Positions 9,866 through 20,970 of a stretch of 64,000 nucleotides of DNA are shown here, piece after piece. The translations under genes and the position numbers were made by a program. The notes beneath the pieces were generated by a model. The model saw nothing but the letters and a program-made list of their open reading frames with translations, was not told the DNA's origin and made no database searches. The stretch is from assembly GCA_964486435.1 (NCBI GenBank), contig CAZAMM010000004.1, positions 219-64,218 on the forward strand, in the 5' to 3' direction. The stretch comes from an uncultured Methanosarcinales archaeon. Lineage in GTDB: Archaea > Halobacteriota > Methanosarcinia > Methanosarcinales > Methanosarcinaceae. Positions within the stretch are counted from its first letter, which is position 1. Every line of letters starts with the position of its first letter.

Positions 9866-11179
9866 TCATTTTTCTGAACTGAGGGAGATCTCATCCATCT
9901 TCTTTACAACAAGGACTATTCCGTCCTTCTCCATTATCTCAACCTTATCCCCTTTTTCGATCGCATCCTCAGAACGCGCCTTCCAGACCTCGCTTTTATG
10001 CCTCACATACCCGACTTCACCGGGACCGAAGGTATCATCCGCAACAGCAATATCTCCCAAAAGCTCGCCGAACTTCGGCTTAGAATGACGCACCACAGCG
10101 ATCTTGTAAAGGACAAAGAGCAGAAAGATGCCGATCACTATAGTTGGAGATACCACTGAAAGTATGATCGTCTGCTGGAATTCTGCCGGAGTGTAGTTCC
10201 TGGGGAAATCCGTGGGTGCAAGCAATACACTTCCCGCAACGATGCACACAAGTCCCGCAATCCCGAAAACCCCAAAACCCGGCGACTGAAATTCTACTAC
10301 TACCAAAGCCACGCCCACCAGTATAAGGAATATTGATGCTATGTTCACATCGAAGCCGGTACCTATGAGTCCCAGAGCTATTGCCACTATACCAAAGAGC
10401 TCTGCTCCAAAACCCGGGTTTGACAAACCTAATATGATAGCATATACTCCCAGCAGTAACAATAAGGAGGATATGATGGGATCCGAGATTATGTTCAGAA
10501 AAGAAAGCCTGAGAGGTGGTTCATAGAACACTATGTCTGCCCCACTGGTCTTAAGCTCCTGACCTTTGACCTCAAGTCCATCCACCTGCTCCAGCAGATC
10601 ATTGAGATCTGAAGCTATGTATTCTATTACTCCGTATTCTAAGGCTTTCTCGGGATTTAGATTAAGGTTCTCATTAATGAATTGGGCTGCAGTGGTGTCA
10701 TTACGCCCGTGCTTGCGGGCATTTTCCTGTGCAGTGGCAACGAGAGCGTTCACTATTTTGGAGTCGTTCACAGGCTCGGAACCTGTGGTTGTTACCGTCA
10801 CCGGCTGTGCTGAACCTATGACAGTGAAAGGAGACATAGCTGCTACATCCATACTAATGAGCAGAAGAGTGCCTGCAGACCAGGCCTTGGTGCCTTCCGG
10901 ATAGACATAGCCTATTACAGGCACATCCGTGACAGCTATTTGTTCCATCATGTTAAGAGTTGCATCCACAACTCCCCCAGGTGTGTTAAGTGTGATGACC
11001 AGAGCCTGATAATCACCATCTTCAGCGAAAGCTATAGCATCTGCCAGAATATCATCTGATGCGGGAGTTATGGTGCCGCCTATATCCATCACCAGCACCT
11101 TTTCTGCAGCGATGACCTGTGGTGTACAGCACAACAAAAATAAAAAAAATAAAAAAAAGATTCCCAGCCTTGGTTTCAT
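9866..11179 (-). CDS. nfeD: NfeD-family membrane-bound ClpP-class serine protease
   Basis: Signal peptide MKPRLGIFFLFFLFLLCCTPQVIAAEK, a ClpP-like N-domain, several TM helices and a C-terminal OB-like domain. It lies directly downstream of a stomatin gene (the classic pair). The ORF track begins at 11245, but M23 (11179) avoids overlap with the upstream stop at 11193. Confidence 0.85.
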   Translation of the reverse strand: MKPRLGIFFLFFLFLLCCTPQVIAAEKVLVMDIGGTITPASDDILADAIAFAEDGDYQALVITLNTPGGVVDATLNMMEQIAVTDVPVIGYVYPEGTKAWSAGTLLLISMDVAAMSPFTVIGSAQPVTVTTTGSEPVNDSKIVNALVATAQENARKHGRNDTTAAQFINENLNLNPEKALEYGVIEYIASDLNDLLEQVDGLEVKGQELKTSGADIVFYEPPLRLSFLNIISDPIISSLLLLLGVYAIILGLSNPGFGAELFGIVAIALGLIGTGFDVNIASIFLILVGVALVVVEFQSPGFGVFGIAGLVCIVAGSVLLAPTDFPRNYTPAEFQQTIILSVVSPTIVIGIFLLFVLYKIAVVRHSKPKFGELLGDIAVADDTFGPGEVGYVRHKSEVWKARSEDAIEKGDKVEIMEKDGIVLVVKKMDEISLSSEK

Positions 11180-11192
11180 CCTGACCTTTCCA

Positions 11193-11963
11193 TTAATCCT
11201 TGTTCTTGTCACTAAATGCCTTCGACATAGCCGCCATTCCTCCAATTTCCATTGAATTGGAAATTACGATAAGGTTCTTCTCTCTTGCAACCTCGGCTAT
11301 GGTCTGCAATTCACGCAGTTTAAGTCCCGCGGGCATATTCTGGTATAACTGTGCAGCTTGTTGCATCTTCTCTGCAGCTATGTACTCACCTTCTGCAAGG
11401 ATGATACGTGCACGTTTCTCACGTTCTGCTTCAGCCTGCTTTGCAATGGCACGCAGCATAGTCGCATCTATCTTAACGTCTCTGAGAGTAACGCCTGTGA
11501 CCTTGATACCCCATGGATCGGTGGACACATCAAGCATTTCCTGAATTTTCTTATTTATTTCTTCCCTATTGGAAAGCAGTTCATCCAGTTCGATCTCACC
11601 TATCACATCACGCAATGTGGTCTGGGACAAAGTGGAAGTAGCATACTTGTAATTTTCCACCTCATTGACAGCAGAAGAAGGCTCCACGACCTTATAATAG
11701 ACCACCGCATCCACATCCACGGTCACATTGTCCTTGGTTATCACGTTCTGCTTGGGCACATCAATGGTCACCACACGCAGATCGACCTTGACCACTGTAT
11801 CTATGATAGGTATTATGAGGAACAGACCAGGACCTTTGATCCCACTCAGCCTTCCTAAACGAAAGATAACAACACGTTCATATTCATTTACGATCTTGAT
11901 AGCTTTTGACAAGATAAAAATCACTAGGATAAGTATTGGTAAAATGATGTCGAATAGAGCCAT
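11193..11963 (-). CDS. SPFH/band-7 stomatin-like protein
   Basis: N-terminal TM followed by an SPFH domain (EYERVVIFRLGRL...DVPKQ...TKDNV) and a coiled-coil tail. The ATG at 11963 is preceded by GGAGG 5 nt upstream (aaaggaggcattATG). Confidence 0.9.
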   Translation of the reverse strand: MALFDIILPILILVIFILSKAIKIVNEYERVVIFRLGRLSGIKGPGLFLIIPIIDTVVKVDLRVVTIDVPKQNVITKDNVTVDVDAVVYYKVVEPSSAVNEVENYKYATSTLSQTTLRDVIGEIELDELLSNREEINKKIQEMLDVSTDPWGIKVTGVTLRDVKIDATMLRAIAKQAEAEREKRARIILAEGEYIAAEKMQQAAQLYQNMPAGLKLRELQTIAEVAREKNLIVISNSMEIGGMAAMSKAFSDKNKD

Positions 11964-12357
11964 AATGCCTCCTTTCAAGCGTTGGAATAGTTAATTACTT
12001 GATAATATTCGTTTATAACTAAAGGGTTAGTACATATTAAAAAGTTAATGGTGATAGCTAATAATATCAAAAATCATAACAGCAAAGATCATGAGGGCAA
12101 AAAAAGGAGTTTGGGTCCGAAGTACTTATTTGAAGGGGATGTGCACGAAAGTATGAAAGCAAACATTTTTCCGGAATTCAGACCCAATAAATAATAAGAT
12201 GTTTTTATGGTTTATTAATCTGATTGATTTTGTGGTGTGAAATTACAAACTCACATAAATAATGCCAAGTGTGGCTAGCTATCGATTTTTACATATACTT
12301 TACAATCCCGCAGACCAAAGAAATAAATCCCACATATTACATTTAAAGCATGATAAA

Positions 12358-14481
12358 ATGAGCGAAAGATGTCAAGATTGCGAGGGAAAGGGATACATTG
12401 TTACCTCCTCGAAGAAATGCCCGGAATGCAAAGGCAGCGGGAAGTCCAAATCAATAGACTTTATGAAGCTCTCCGAGAAAGATGTTACGAATTTTCTCAG
12501 CAGCGGTTCAGCATGTCCAAAATGCGGGGGGACCGGAGAAATTGAAGAAAAAGATGCTTGCAGTAAATGCAAAGGAAAAGGCGTTATGTACTCTTGTAGC
12601 ACATGCGGAGCAGCCATAGATCAGCTTGTGGACGGAGAAGAAGTATGTGAAAGCTGCAGTAAGAAGCAGATAGTGTACAAACTCGATGACTCCTGCACAA
12701 TTGATGAGATAGATATGGGAAAATTGTACCATTGCGTAGTGAACAGTAATGTTGCCTTTGGGACCTTTGTTGATATCAACTCAAAAATGAGAGGACTTAT
12801 CCATTCGAGCAATATTAAAGAAGTACCTAGGATCGGGGACAGCCTTGTGGTGAGTGTGAAGGAGATAAGGAACAATAACAAATTGGACCTCATTCCCAGA
12901 AACATCAGCACCTATCAGACAGTAGATCTTGAAAAAGAGCTTCCTGAATTTAACTCCTCCAAACTCTCCGAAAACGTGGGCAAGACGGTCAGAGTCCATG
13001 GAGAAGTGATACAGGTAAAACAAACAGCTGGTCCCACCATATTCACCATAGATGATGAGACCGGCCAGATATCTGCTGCGGCTTTTGAAAGTGCGGGAGA
13101 GAGAGCATATCCGCACATAGATGCCGATATGATAGTATCTGTTACAGGGGAAGTCCAGCTGAGAGGAGAGAACGTACAGCTTGAGGTCCGCAGCATGAAA
13201 AGGTTGACGGACGATAAGGAAAAAATAATAAGGGGCCGTATCGAAGAGGCGATCGACAGCAGGGCTGAGCCTCATGACATCGAGTTCCTGGTCAAGAGCG
13301 ATGTGCTGGAGAAGCTCAGGCCAGCTATGAAACAGGTCGCAAAGGAGATACATAAAGCTGTTATCAAATCCAAGCCCATCCTCCTGAGACATCATGCCGA
13401 TGCCGACGGTATGACAGCAGCTGTTGCCATCGAGAGAGCCATACTACCGCTCATAAAAGAAGTGAACGGTGCTGATGGAGAATACTATTTCTACAAAAGG
13501 GCTCCCTCAAAGGCTCCTTTCTATGAACTGACAGACGTGACCCGGGATGTTTCCTTTGCTCTGGAAGATACCGTCAGACATGGGCAGAAAATGCCCCTGG
13601 TCGTGAGTGTGGATAATGGTTCCACCCTGGAAGATCTGCCTTCTTTCAGAATAGCTCAGGTATACGATATTGAGATGGTTGTCGTTGACCATCATCATCC
13701 TGACAAGGAAGTTGATCAGTTCCTCAAAGCCCATGTCAATCCGGCGCATGTGGGAGGAGATTATAGTATCACTGCGGGCATGCTCTGCACAGAAGTTGCC
13801 CGTATGATAAATCCGGATATTGAAAAAGAGATCCTGCACCTGCCTGCTGTTGCCGGTGTAGGGGACCGTGCAGATTCAGATGAGGCAAGAGATTATATTA
13901 AGCTGGTATCCGACAGATATTCATTGCAGGATCTGAAGGATATGGCACTTGCACTTGACTATGCAGCCTACTGGCTCAAATTCAGCAGCGGCAGAGGAAT
14001 AGTTGACGATATACTGGATATGAGAGACCATAACACACATAGGAAACTTGTCAGCCTGTTCTGTGAGCAGGCCAACGGCATGATCAACGAGCAGCTTGAA
14101 GCGTGCATGGCACATGTAAAAGCACAGAAGCTTCCTAACGGTGCCATACTGAACGTCCTGGACGTTGAGAACCATGCCCACAAATTCACATTCCCGCCAC
14201 CCGGAAAAACATCCGGCGAGGTGCATGACAGGCTTTGTAAGAAATACGAAAACCAGCCAGTGGTCACTCTGGGATATGGCCCCGACTTTGCTGTGATCAG
14301 GTCCAAGTATGTCAAGATGAACATACCAAAAATGGTCAGAGAGCTGCATGATGAGATAGAAGGTGCTGGAGTTAGTGGAGGAGGACACCTTGTGGTGGGC
14401 AGCATAAAGTTTGTAGAAGGGATGCGTACTCAGGTACTGGCAAAGCTTGCAGAAAAGATAGGAGCAGTGGAAGTGGAATAA
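12358..14481 (+). CDS. Archaea-specific RecJ-like DHH nuclease with an N-terminal DnaJ-type zinc finger (COG1107-type)
   Basis: Four CxxCxGxG units (CQDCEGKG, CPECKGSG, CPKCGGTG, CSKCKGKG), an S1/OB segment and an OB-fold (VRVHGEVIQVKQTAGPTIFTIDDETG). DHH motifs are RHHADADGMTA, VSVDNGS and VVVDHHHP. The start is taken at MSERCQDCEG (12358); the ORF is open from 12262. Confidence 0.85.
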   Translation: MSERCQDCEGKGYIVTSSKKCPECKGSGKSKSIDFMKLSEKDVTNFLSSGSACPKCGGTGEIEEKDACSKCKGKGVMYSCSTCGAAIDQLVDGEEVCESCSKKQIVYKLDDSCTIDEIDMGKLYHCVVNSNVAFGTFVDINSKMRGLIHSSNIKEVPRIGDSLVVSVKEIRNNNKLDLIPRNISTYQTVDLEKELPEFNSSKLSENVGKTVRVHGEVIQVKQTAGPTIFTIDDETGQISAAAFESAGERAYPHIDADMIVSVTGEVQLRGENVQLEVRSMKRLTDDKEKIIRGRIEEAIDSRAEPHDIEFLVKSDVLEKLRPAMKQVAKEIHKAVIKSKPILLRHHADADGMTAAVAIERAILPLIKEVNGADGEYYFYKRAPSKAPFYELTDVTRDVSFALEDTVRHGQKMPLVVSVDNGSTLEDLPSFRIAQVYDIEMVVVDHHHPDKEVDQFLKAHVNPAHVGGDYSITAGMLCTEVARMINPDIEKEILHLPAVAGVGDRADSDEARDYIKLVSDRYSLQDLKDMALALDYAAYWLKFSSGRGIVDDILDMRDHNTHRKLVSLFCEQANGMINEQLEACMAHVKAQKLPNGAILNVLDVENHAHKFTFPPPGKTSGEVHDRLCKKYENQPVVTLGYGPDFAVIRSKYVKMNIPKMVRELHDEIEGAGVSGGGHLVVGSIKFVEGMRTQVLAKLAEKIGAVEVE

Positions 14482-14525
14482 AACCCTTCCAACTGCAGTT
14501 GTTTTTAAATATTGTATAGTATTAC

Positions 14526-15137
14526 TCAGTCCACACGGACTATGCGTACCAATGGCCTTACAGGCACATCTGAAATGACCTCTGCACCTTTCTTATCCAC
14601 CAGGACAGCTATTGCAACAGGTTTACCACCTTCTTCATGGATGCGCTTGACCACGCCCATCATGGTGGACCCGCTAGTGATCACATCATCTACAATAACA
14701 CATTTCTTACCCCTTACAGTACTGAAGTTCCCGCTGAAATCGCCTTTCAGGCTCCTGTCATCAGCAGGATCGTAATGTGCGTGGAATATTGCAAGGTCTG
14801 TACCCAGTTCTTCTGCCATAAGGCTCGCTAACGGCACACCACTAACCCCAATACCCACAATAAGGTCAACGTCATCTTCTGTCTCCTCCAGGGTCTCCAA
14901 TACCAAATCACAGAGAACTTTTGAAATGTTATGCAGCCTGTAAGCATTCTTACCGATGTTGGCCCAGTTAACAGAAATGTCTTTGGGTGCAGGTGTGCTA
15001 ACATCTTTCTTTGCACGGGTGAGAAGCCAGGTCACAGTGTCCCTGGAAACGTTAAGCTCATCTGCTATTTGCCTTGAAGTAAGCCCGTTGGACTGTAACT
15101 CCACTGCCTTCTGAATCAGATTATCTATATTTTTCAT
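14526..15137 (-). CDS. Orotate phosphoribosyltransferase-like regulator (HTH plus PRTase domain, GfcR/PyrE-like)
   Basis: 203-aa ORF with an N-terminal HTH ([22 protein letters not shown]) and PRPP-binding motif [16 protein letters not shown]. Confidence 0.75.
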   Translation of the reverse strand: MKNIDNLIQKAVELQSNGLTSRQIADELNVSRDTVTWLLTRAKKDVSTPAPKDISVNWANIGKNAYRLHNISKVLCDLVLETLEETEDDVDLIVGIGVSGVPLASLMAEELGTDLAIFHAHYDPADDRSLKGDFSGNFSTVRGKKCVIVDDVITSGSTMMGVVKRIHEEGGKPVAIAVLVDKKGAEVISDVPVRPLVRIVRVD

Positions 15138-15218
15138 ATAATCCCTGCCTGCGATCTTCTTAAAGGATATTCTAAAATTTATTCTATTAAGATGTCACTA
15201 ATACATATACAAGTATTG

Positions 15219-15698
15219 TTATAATTTTCTTTTGCGTCCTTTCTTCATAGGAGAGCCACATACGGGACATATATCCCCGGAATCGAACTTCCTTTTACAT
15301 CCAATGCAGACCTTCTGCCATATGAGCACATCCTTTATCTTCTTCTGGACAACAGGCTCTACTTTGATGCCCAGCATACTGGCAACATTCTGAACTGCGT
15401 AATCGTCCGTAAGGAGTACCGCCTCCCCCTTAAGATCATAAGCCTTGGCAAGCACTTCAATGTCAGTAAGGGACAGCTCCTCATGGTCCTTTGATACACC
15501 GGAAACCTCTGCAACCCTATCAAGCGCCTCCTTCGAGGGCAATTCCACTCCCAGACCCCGTTCCCTGGCAAGATCAAAGCGAAGCCTTGACTCATTGCTT
15601 TTGAGCTCATCCACCACCGAAGGAACAGTAATGGTATAAGTAGCATCAACTGGTTTTCCCATTATGAAGACAGCAGAGTCGGCTATATAAAGAGGCAT
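15219..15698 (-). CDS. nob1: Nob1-like PIN-domain endoribonuclease with a C-terminal zinc ribbon
   Basis: 159-aa ORF with N-terminal PIN-like acidic residues (YIADSAVFI...LLTDDYAVQNV) and C-terminal CIGCKRKF...CPVCGSPM. Confidence 0.7.
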   Translation of the reverse strand: MPLYIADSAVFIMGKPVDATYTITVPSVVDELKSNESRLRFDLARERGLGVELPSKEALDRVAEVSGVSKDHEELSLTDIEVLAKAYDLKGEAVLLTDDYAVQNVASMLGIKVEPVVQKKIKDVLIWQKVCIGCKRKFDSGDICPVCGSPMKKGRKRKL

Positions 15699-15843
15699 GC
15701 AGCTGCATTAGAACTTCCAGATAGATTAAACCTTTGAGCGGGAAACTTTATTTTAAGTAGGATGCAGCAATAAGAACAGAAACACAGTAAAGGATCGTAT
15801 TTAATAGACGATCATATTTCAGGCCACTACAGAGGACAGGAAC

Positions 15844-16623
15844 ATGGACACAGAGAAAGCAAGGGAAGTAATCGTTGGTTTCATCAGAGAAAAAGTAAGA
15901 GAAGCAAATGCTGAGGGGGCTGTCCTTGGTATCAGCGGAGGTGTCGATTCCGCACTTGCAGCATATTTAGCTGCTGAAGCCCTTGGGAAGGATAAAGTAT
16001 TGGGCATACACCTTCCGGAACTCAACCTCACACCTGCAGAGGATGTGCTCGATGCGACCGAAGTTGCTCACCGTTTAGGCATAGAGTTCAGGGCAATAGA
16101 CATTTCAGGGATGCTCACAGCCTACCTTGAAAACATTTCAGATGGAGATAAGGCCACTACCCATACAAAAGGGAATCTGAAGGCCCGTATCCGGATGGCG
16201 GTGCTGTATTATCATGCCAACATGCTCAACAGGATAGTCATAGGCACAGGCAACAAAACAGAGCTGCTGCTGGGTTATTTCACAAAACATGGCGATGGAG
16301 GAGTAGACATTCTGCCTTTGGGGGATCTCTATAAGACCGATGTGTGGGAGCTTGCAGCCTTGATGGGAGTACCTGAATCCATCATCAATAAGGCACCTTC
16401 TGCAGGCCTCTGGAGTGGGCAAACCGATGAAAAAGAACTGGGTATTACATACAAAGAAGTAGACAGGTTCCTTTCAATGCTACTGGAAGGACAAACAACG
16501 GATATCGCACGGAATACTATAGGTATCACAGAGGAGCAGACAGATTCGGTGATGCGCAGGATCAAAATGAACGCCCACAAGCTGAAGATACCACCGATAG
16601 CAGACCTTGGGCTTTTGAGATGA
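15844..16623 (+). CDS. nadE: NH3-dependent NAD+ synthetase
   Basis: 259-aa ORF with PP-loop motif GISGGVDSA. Length and remainder are typical of NadE. Confidence 0.95.
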   Translation: MDTEKAREVIVGFIREKVREANAEGAVLGISGGVDSALAAYLAAEALGKDKVLGIHLPELNLTPAEDVLDATEVAHRLGIEFRAIDISGMLTAYLENISDGDKATTHTKGNLKARIRMAVLYYHANMLNRIVIGTGNKTELLLGYFTKHGDGGVDILPLGDLYKTDVWELAALMGVPESIINKAPSAGLWSGQTDEKELGITYKEVDRFLSMLLEGQTTDIARNTIGITEEQTDSVMRRIKMNAHKLKIPPIADLGLLR

Positions 16624-16635
16624 TACTAGATTAAA

Positions 16636-17919
16636 TCACCTTGATGGAAACATTTTTGCTTTTGATGACTGCATTCTTACAAGTGGCTTTGCCAGATGTC
16701 TGCGGGCACAGGGAGGCACCTCATACATACCTGGCTGAATATCCCTTTTTTGTTGCACCTGTACCAAAGCTGATGACCTTGTGCCACATTTCCTGCATCT
16801 GTAGCCTTGCCCCCTGCCTGCGGATTCCATCCTCTTTCCGCAGGAAGGGCATTCAGGATTATGAGAAACTACCAAGGGAGCAAGTGACACTATCTCCATC
16901 TTTTCGATATTCAGGGTTTTGTTCATAAAACTTCCATAAACCTTTACAATATCACCTGGAATGAGTTTACGTACCAGTGATCTGAAATCCTTGGTTGGTT
17001 CAAAGGCAGCACATTCTACAGAATCTCCACTGGCATCAGATATAGAGAAGATAGTGTGCCCGCCTGCTATGGTAAGTGGGTCACATGAAACTGACCCTGA
17101 CACAATATAGGATTGCATCTCTTTGATCCCGGAAATACTGGCAATGTGCATCAAATGCATATCAGTTCCCTGGTTAGTACAGTATATACATGATCTTTCC
17201 AGGGGTTCTGAAATTATCATTCCCGCTGTCCTTTTCACCACATCCGGGTCCCTACCCCTGACACCATACAGCACCGGGTCCGGAGAATGAGGCACGCACA
17301 CCACAAGTCCGTTTGAAACATCCACAGTGTCCCACGTAGCTGGATAAGTGGCATCGTCAGCAACAAAGAAACTTTCTTTATCCACATTTCTAGGGGTGCC
17401 CCATTTATCCCTTTGCCTGTAGGCAAGATACTCAAATGTGTGATCCCACCCGGGATTCAGCATAGCACCACAGGCAGCCAGTGAGCCTATGAGACCTCGC
17501 CCATTCTTGAATCCTCTGGCCTGTAGGCCGGTTTCGGCAATTATGGACTTTGCTTCTTCGATGGACAGGACAGTTCTTACAGCGCGCTGGAAAAAAACAC
17601 CCAGTATATCCCTGAAACTATTGGCTTCATCGTCCTGTACAAAGACAACTCCCGGATTTGTCATTTCACACTCCATTGCTGACATTGCTGCAACCCTGGA
17701 AATGACATGCTCCATCACTTTATCCGGACAAGAAGTTTGTATATCAATGCCTACGCAGGCATTACCTCTGGTCTTGTAAGGGATAGTGGGATTGAGGCGA
17801 ACAAGTATGGGAAGCTTCCGGATGCTGCCATACTGCTGCAGTTCTTCCATGAGCAGGGCTCCCAGATATGTTGTGCACATCCCTTCTCTTGAATCCGTAT
17901 CATCTATACCTATGAACAT
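16636..17919 (-). CDS. tiaS: tRNA(Ile2) 2-agmatinylcytidine synthetase
   Basis: MFIGIDDTDSREGMCTTYLG N-terminus characteristic of TiaS, an OB-like segment, and zinc ribbon CPSCGKRM...CRKCG. The start is taken at M14 (17919). Confidence 0.85.
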   Translation of the reverse strand: MFIGIDDTDSREGMCTTYLGALLMEELQQYGSIRKLPILVRLNPTIPYKTRGNACVGIDIQTSCPDKVMEHVISRVAAMSAMECEMTNPGVVFVQDDEANSFRDILGVFFQRAVRTVLSIEEAKSIIAETGLQARGFKNGRGLIGSLAACGAMLNPGWDHTFEYLAYRQRDKWGTPRNVDKESFFVADDATYPATWDTVDVSNGLVVCVPHSPDPVLYGVRGRDPDVVKRTAGMIISEPLERSCIYCTNQGTDMHLMHIASISGIKEMQSYIVSGSVSCDPLTIAGGHTIFSISDASGDSVECAAFEPTKDFRSLVRKLIPGDIVKVYGSFMNKTLNIEKMEIVSLAPLVVSHNPECPSCGKRMESAGRGQGYRCRKCGTRSSALVQVQQKRDIQPGMYEVPPCARRHLAKPLVRMQSSKAKMFPSR

Positions 17920-18045
17920 GTATTGACCTTGATAATTTGGTTTAGTGATGAGTTGCATGCAATTAAGTTTTCTGCAGGGAAAAGGACTTTAGGACAGCAG
18001 AATAGCAAAAATTCATATAGATGTGCAAACAATCATTTATCAGTC

Positions 18046-19008
18046 ATGACAAAAGACATCCTCATACATCAGATAGTAGATGTACTGAAACAGGCAGACT
18101 TTATTGTCTCAAAGCGCTGTAACATCAGGCCGAGGAGTTTTGACCTTGCTGCAAGGAAAGACAGCATCCTGCTTTTCTGCAAAGTATTGTACAATATTGA
18201 TGGACTGAACGAAGAAACAGCCCATGAGATGAAAGCGCTTGCGCGATACCTGAGTGGTTCAGCCATTCTTGTGGGTGCCAAAACCAGGGACCAGATGCTT
18301 GAAGATAGTGTAGTGTACATGCGATATGACATACCTGCGGTCAACGTGCAGACACTTTATGATTACTTTGTGGAGAACGTGCCTCCGCTGGTATCTGCAG
18401 CACCGGGAGGATTATACGTATCAATAGATGGTGATGTGCTGAAAGAAGCGCGCACCAAACAGGCTATGTCCCTGGGTACCCTTGCCACTGAGCTGGGAGT
18501 TTCCAGAAGGACCATCAGCAAATATGAAGAAGGTGGAATGGATGCGTCCATAGATGTAGTGTTGCATCTGGAAGAGCTGCTTGATGTTGCACTTGCAAGA
18601 TCCATAGACATTCTGCATGCTTTTGAGAATAGATTGAAAGAGCCACCAATGCCACTTGAGGAGAAAAAATATCCTGAAGAGGATAACGTGCTCGATCTGC
18701 TGCATTCTCTGGGCTATCAGGTGGTTTCAACATCCCAGGCACCTTTTAAAGCCATATCCAAAGATAATCACGATACGATGCTTACAGGTGTCAGCACTTA
18801 CAGCAGTGCGATGATAAAAAGAGCTGATCTGATGAGCAGCATTTCCAGTGTGACACAGACACGGTCGGTCTTTATCATAAAAGGCCAAAGTAAATCTGAA
18901 ACTGTAGAAAATACAGTGCTCATCGAAGAAAAGGAACTGGACAGGATGTCCGGACCTGAGGAGTTCGTAAGCCTTATAGACGAGAAGACAAAGTACAAAA
19001 AACACTGA
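18046..19008 (+). CDS. Archaeal putative transcriptional regulator with a central XRE-type HTH (COG1395-like)
   Basis: Central HTH MSLGTLATELGVSRRTISKYEEG within a protein of about 320 aa. The start is taken at MTKDILIHQ (18046), because the listed 17923 start overlaps tiaS. Confidence 0.65.
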   Translation: MTKDILIHQIVDVLKQADFIVSKRCNIRPRSFDLAARKDSILLFCKVLYNIDGLNEETAHEMKALARYLSGSAILVGAKTRDQMLEDSVVYMRYDIPAVNVQTLYDYFVENVPPLVSAAPGGLYVSIDGDVLKEARTKQAMSLGTLATELGVSRRTISKYEEGGMDASIDVVLHLEELLDVALARSIDILHAFENRLKEPPMPLEEKKYPEEDNVLDLLHSLGYQVVSTSQAPFKAISKDNHDTMLTGVSTYSSAMIKRADLMSSISSVTQTRSVFIIKGQSKSETVENTVLIEEKELDRMSGPEEFVSLIDEKTKYKKH

Positions 19009-19076
19009 TGATTTTTATCTCAGTTATGAACCAAATCCAAAAATCTAATTATATGAAGATACTTTAAGAGCCTATA

Positions 19077-19691
19077 ATGACCACAAATATAGGAGTTTTA
19101 GTATCAGGCAGAGGTTCCAACCTTCAGTCTATCATTGACCATGTGGAAAGCGGCTATCTAAAGAACGTAAAGCTCAGCGTGGTCATCAGTGATGTGCAAG
19201 ATGCTTTTGCCCTCGAGCGTGCAAAGATGCGTGATATAGATGCTGTTTTTATAGATCCGCGCGCCTATGAAAGCAAGATGGGATTTGAAGAAAAGATAAT
19301 TGCAACATTGAAGGATTATAATGTGGATCTGGTGCTTCTGGCAGGATATATGAGGATCTTAGGAAGTGAAGTGATCCAGGCATATAGAGACAGGATCATG
19401 AACATACATCCTGCACTGCTTCCTTCCTTTAAAGGCCTGCATGGACCCAGACAGGCGCTTGAATATGGAGTAAAGGTCGCTGGCTGCACCGTACATTTCG
19501 TAGACGAAGGAATGGATAGCGGACCTATAATCCTTCAGAGCTGTGTGCCTGTAAAAGACGATGACACAGAGAGTACACTTGCCTCGCGGATACTGGAACA
19601 GGAACACAGGATATTCCCAGAAGCAGTAAAACTGTTCACTGAGGGTAAACTTAAAGTGGATGGCAGGATTGTACTACGCAGAGAGAACTAA
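19077..19691 (+). CDS. purN: Phosphoribosylglycinamide formyltransferase
   Basis: 204-aa ORF with VLVSGRGSNLQ, NIHPALLPSFKG and GCTVHFVDEGMDSGPII. Confidence 0.9.
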   Translation: MTTNIGVLVSGRGSNLQSIIDHVESGYLKNVKLSVVISDVQDAFALERAKMRDIDAVFIDPRAYESKMGFEEKIIATLKDYNVDLVLLAGYMRILGSEVIQAYRDRIMNIHPALLPSFKGLHGPRQALEYGVKVAGCTVHFVDEGMDSGPIILQSCVPVKDDDTESTLASRILEQEHRIFPEAVKLFTEGKLKVDGRIVLRREN

Positions 19692-19709
19692 CATTAAAAA
19701 AGCTTGTAA

Positions 19710-20957
19710 ATGGATGATACCATGTCCTATATTTCAGAGATAGACCCCGAGATCGCTGAAGCACTGAAGCTTGAAGCGAACCGCCAGGACTACAAACTCA
19801 ACCTGATAGCATCTGAGAACTATACGAGCCGTGCGGTCATGGAAGCACAGGGTTCGATAATGACCAACAAATATGCAGAAGGTTATCCGGGTAAGAGATA
19901 CTATGGTGGCTGTGAATTCGTAGACATTGCCGAGAACCTTGCAAGGGAGAGAGCAAAGGCCATATTCGGCGCAGAGCATGTGAACGTGCAACCCCACTCC
20001 GGCTCAGGAGCAAATATGGGAGTATACTTCTCCATGCTTAAACCCGGAGATACCATTATGTCCATGGACCTTTCGCATGGAGGCCATCTTTCACATGGAA
20101 GTCCGGTCAATTTTGCCGGCCAGCTTTACAAGATAATACCATATGGAGTATCCAGGGAAACAGAGGCATTAGATTACGATGAACTAATGGAGATGGCAAA
20201 GCAGACAAGACCCAAAATGATAGTGTGCGGAGCTTCTGCTTATTCCCGGACTCTTGACTTCAAGAGATTCAGGGAGATAGCTGATGAAGTGGGTGCATAT
20301 CTTCTGGCAGATATCGCTCATATTGCCGGACTTGTAGCAGCAGGAGCACATCCAAGTCCAGTCCCCTATGCTGATTTTGTAACAACCACGACTCATAAGA
20401 CCCTGCGCGGACCCAGAGGTGGTATGGTCATGTGCAAGGAAGAATATGCAAAATCACTTGACAAGGCCGTATTTCCCGGAATACAGGGTGGGCCTCTGAT
20501 GCATATAATAGCTGCAAAGGCTGTAGCCTTTAAGGAAGCACAGAGCAAACAGTTCAAGCAGGACCAGGAACAGACAGTCAAGAACGGGAAGATGCTCGCT
20601 GAGAGCCTGATAGAGAGGGATTTCAACATAGTTTCAGGAGGGACCGACAACCACGTAATGCTCCTGAACCTCAATAAGTTCGATATAACAGGAAAGGATG
20701 CGGAAGCAGCTATGAGCAAAGCTGGCATCATCCTCAATAAGAACACCATACCCTTTGAGACCAGAAGTCCTTTCATTACCAGTGGAATAAGGATAGGCAC
20801 TCCCGCTACAACCACCCGGGGCATGAAAGAAAGAGAGATGGTGGACATTGCAGGTTTCATAGAGAGTGTGATACTCAACATTGAAAAAGAGCATGCACTA
20901 ATGGAGATCAGCTCTGATGTGGAACAGCTTTGCAGCAGGTTCCCGATCTATAAGTAA
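19710..20957 (+). CDS. glyA: Serine hydroxymethyltransferase
   Basis: 415-aa ORF with PLP-lysine motif [14 protein letters not shown]. Confidence 0.95.
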   Translation: MDDTMSYISEIDPEIAEALKLEANRQDYKLNLIASENYTSRAVMEAQGSIMTNKYAEGYPGKRYYGGCEFVDIAENLARERAKAIFGAEHVNVQPHSGSGANMGVYFSMLKPGDTIMSMDLSHGGHLSHGSPVNFAGQLYKIIPYGVSRETEALDYDELMEMAKQTRPKMIVCGASAYSRTLDFKRFREIADEVGAYLLADIAHIAGLVAAGAHPSPVPYADFVTTTTHKTLRGPRGGMVMCKEEYAKSLDKAVFPGIQGGPLMHIIAAKAVAFKEAQSKQFKQDQEQTVKNGKMLAESLIERDFNIVSGGTDNHVMLLNLNKFDITGKDAEAAMSKAGIILNKNTIPFETRSPFITSGIRIGTPATTTRGMKEREMVDIAGFIESVILNIEKEHALMEISSDVEQLCSRFPIYK

Positions 20958-20970
20958 AGAGGTGAGTGGT

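Noticed and set aside
11130-11160. Long A-rich homopolymer tracts (caaaaataaaaaaaataaaaaaaag) as a possible slippery or phase-variable site
   Set aside because: On the coding (minus) strand they simply encode the Phe/Leu-rich signal peptide FFLFFLFLL of NfeD, and the frame is intact.
11180-11245. N-terminal extension of the NfeD ORF overlapping the stomatin gene by 53 nt
   Set aside because: The internal Met at 11179 gives a canonical signal peptide and removes the overlap. The extension (MEEWRLCRRHLVTRTRINGKVR) looks non-native.
12781-13395. 204-aa minus-strand ORF
   Set aside because: It is antisense to the RecJ-like gene, whose frame carries clear DHH and OB motifs. No motifs are present in the antisense product.
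17923-18045. 41-codon N-terminal extension of the HTH regulator ORF overlapping the tiaS start
   Set aside because: The extension overlaps the divergent tiaS coding start and has no conserved look. MTKDILIHQ at 18046 is the more plausible start.
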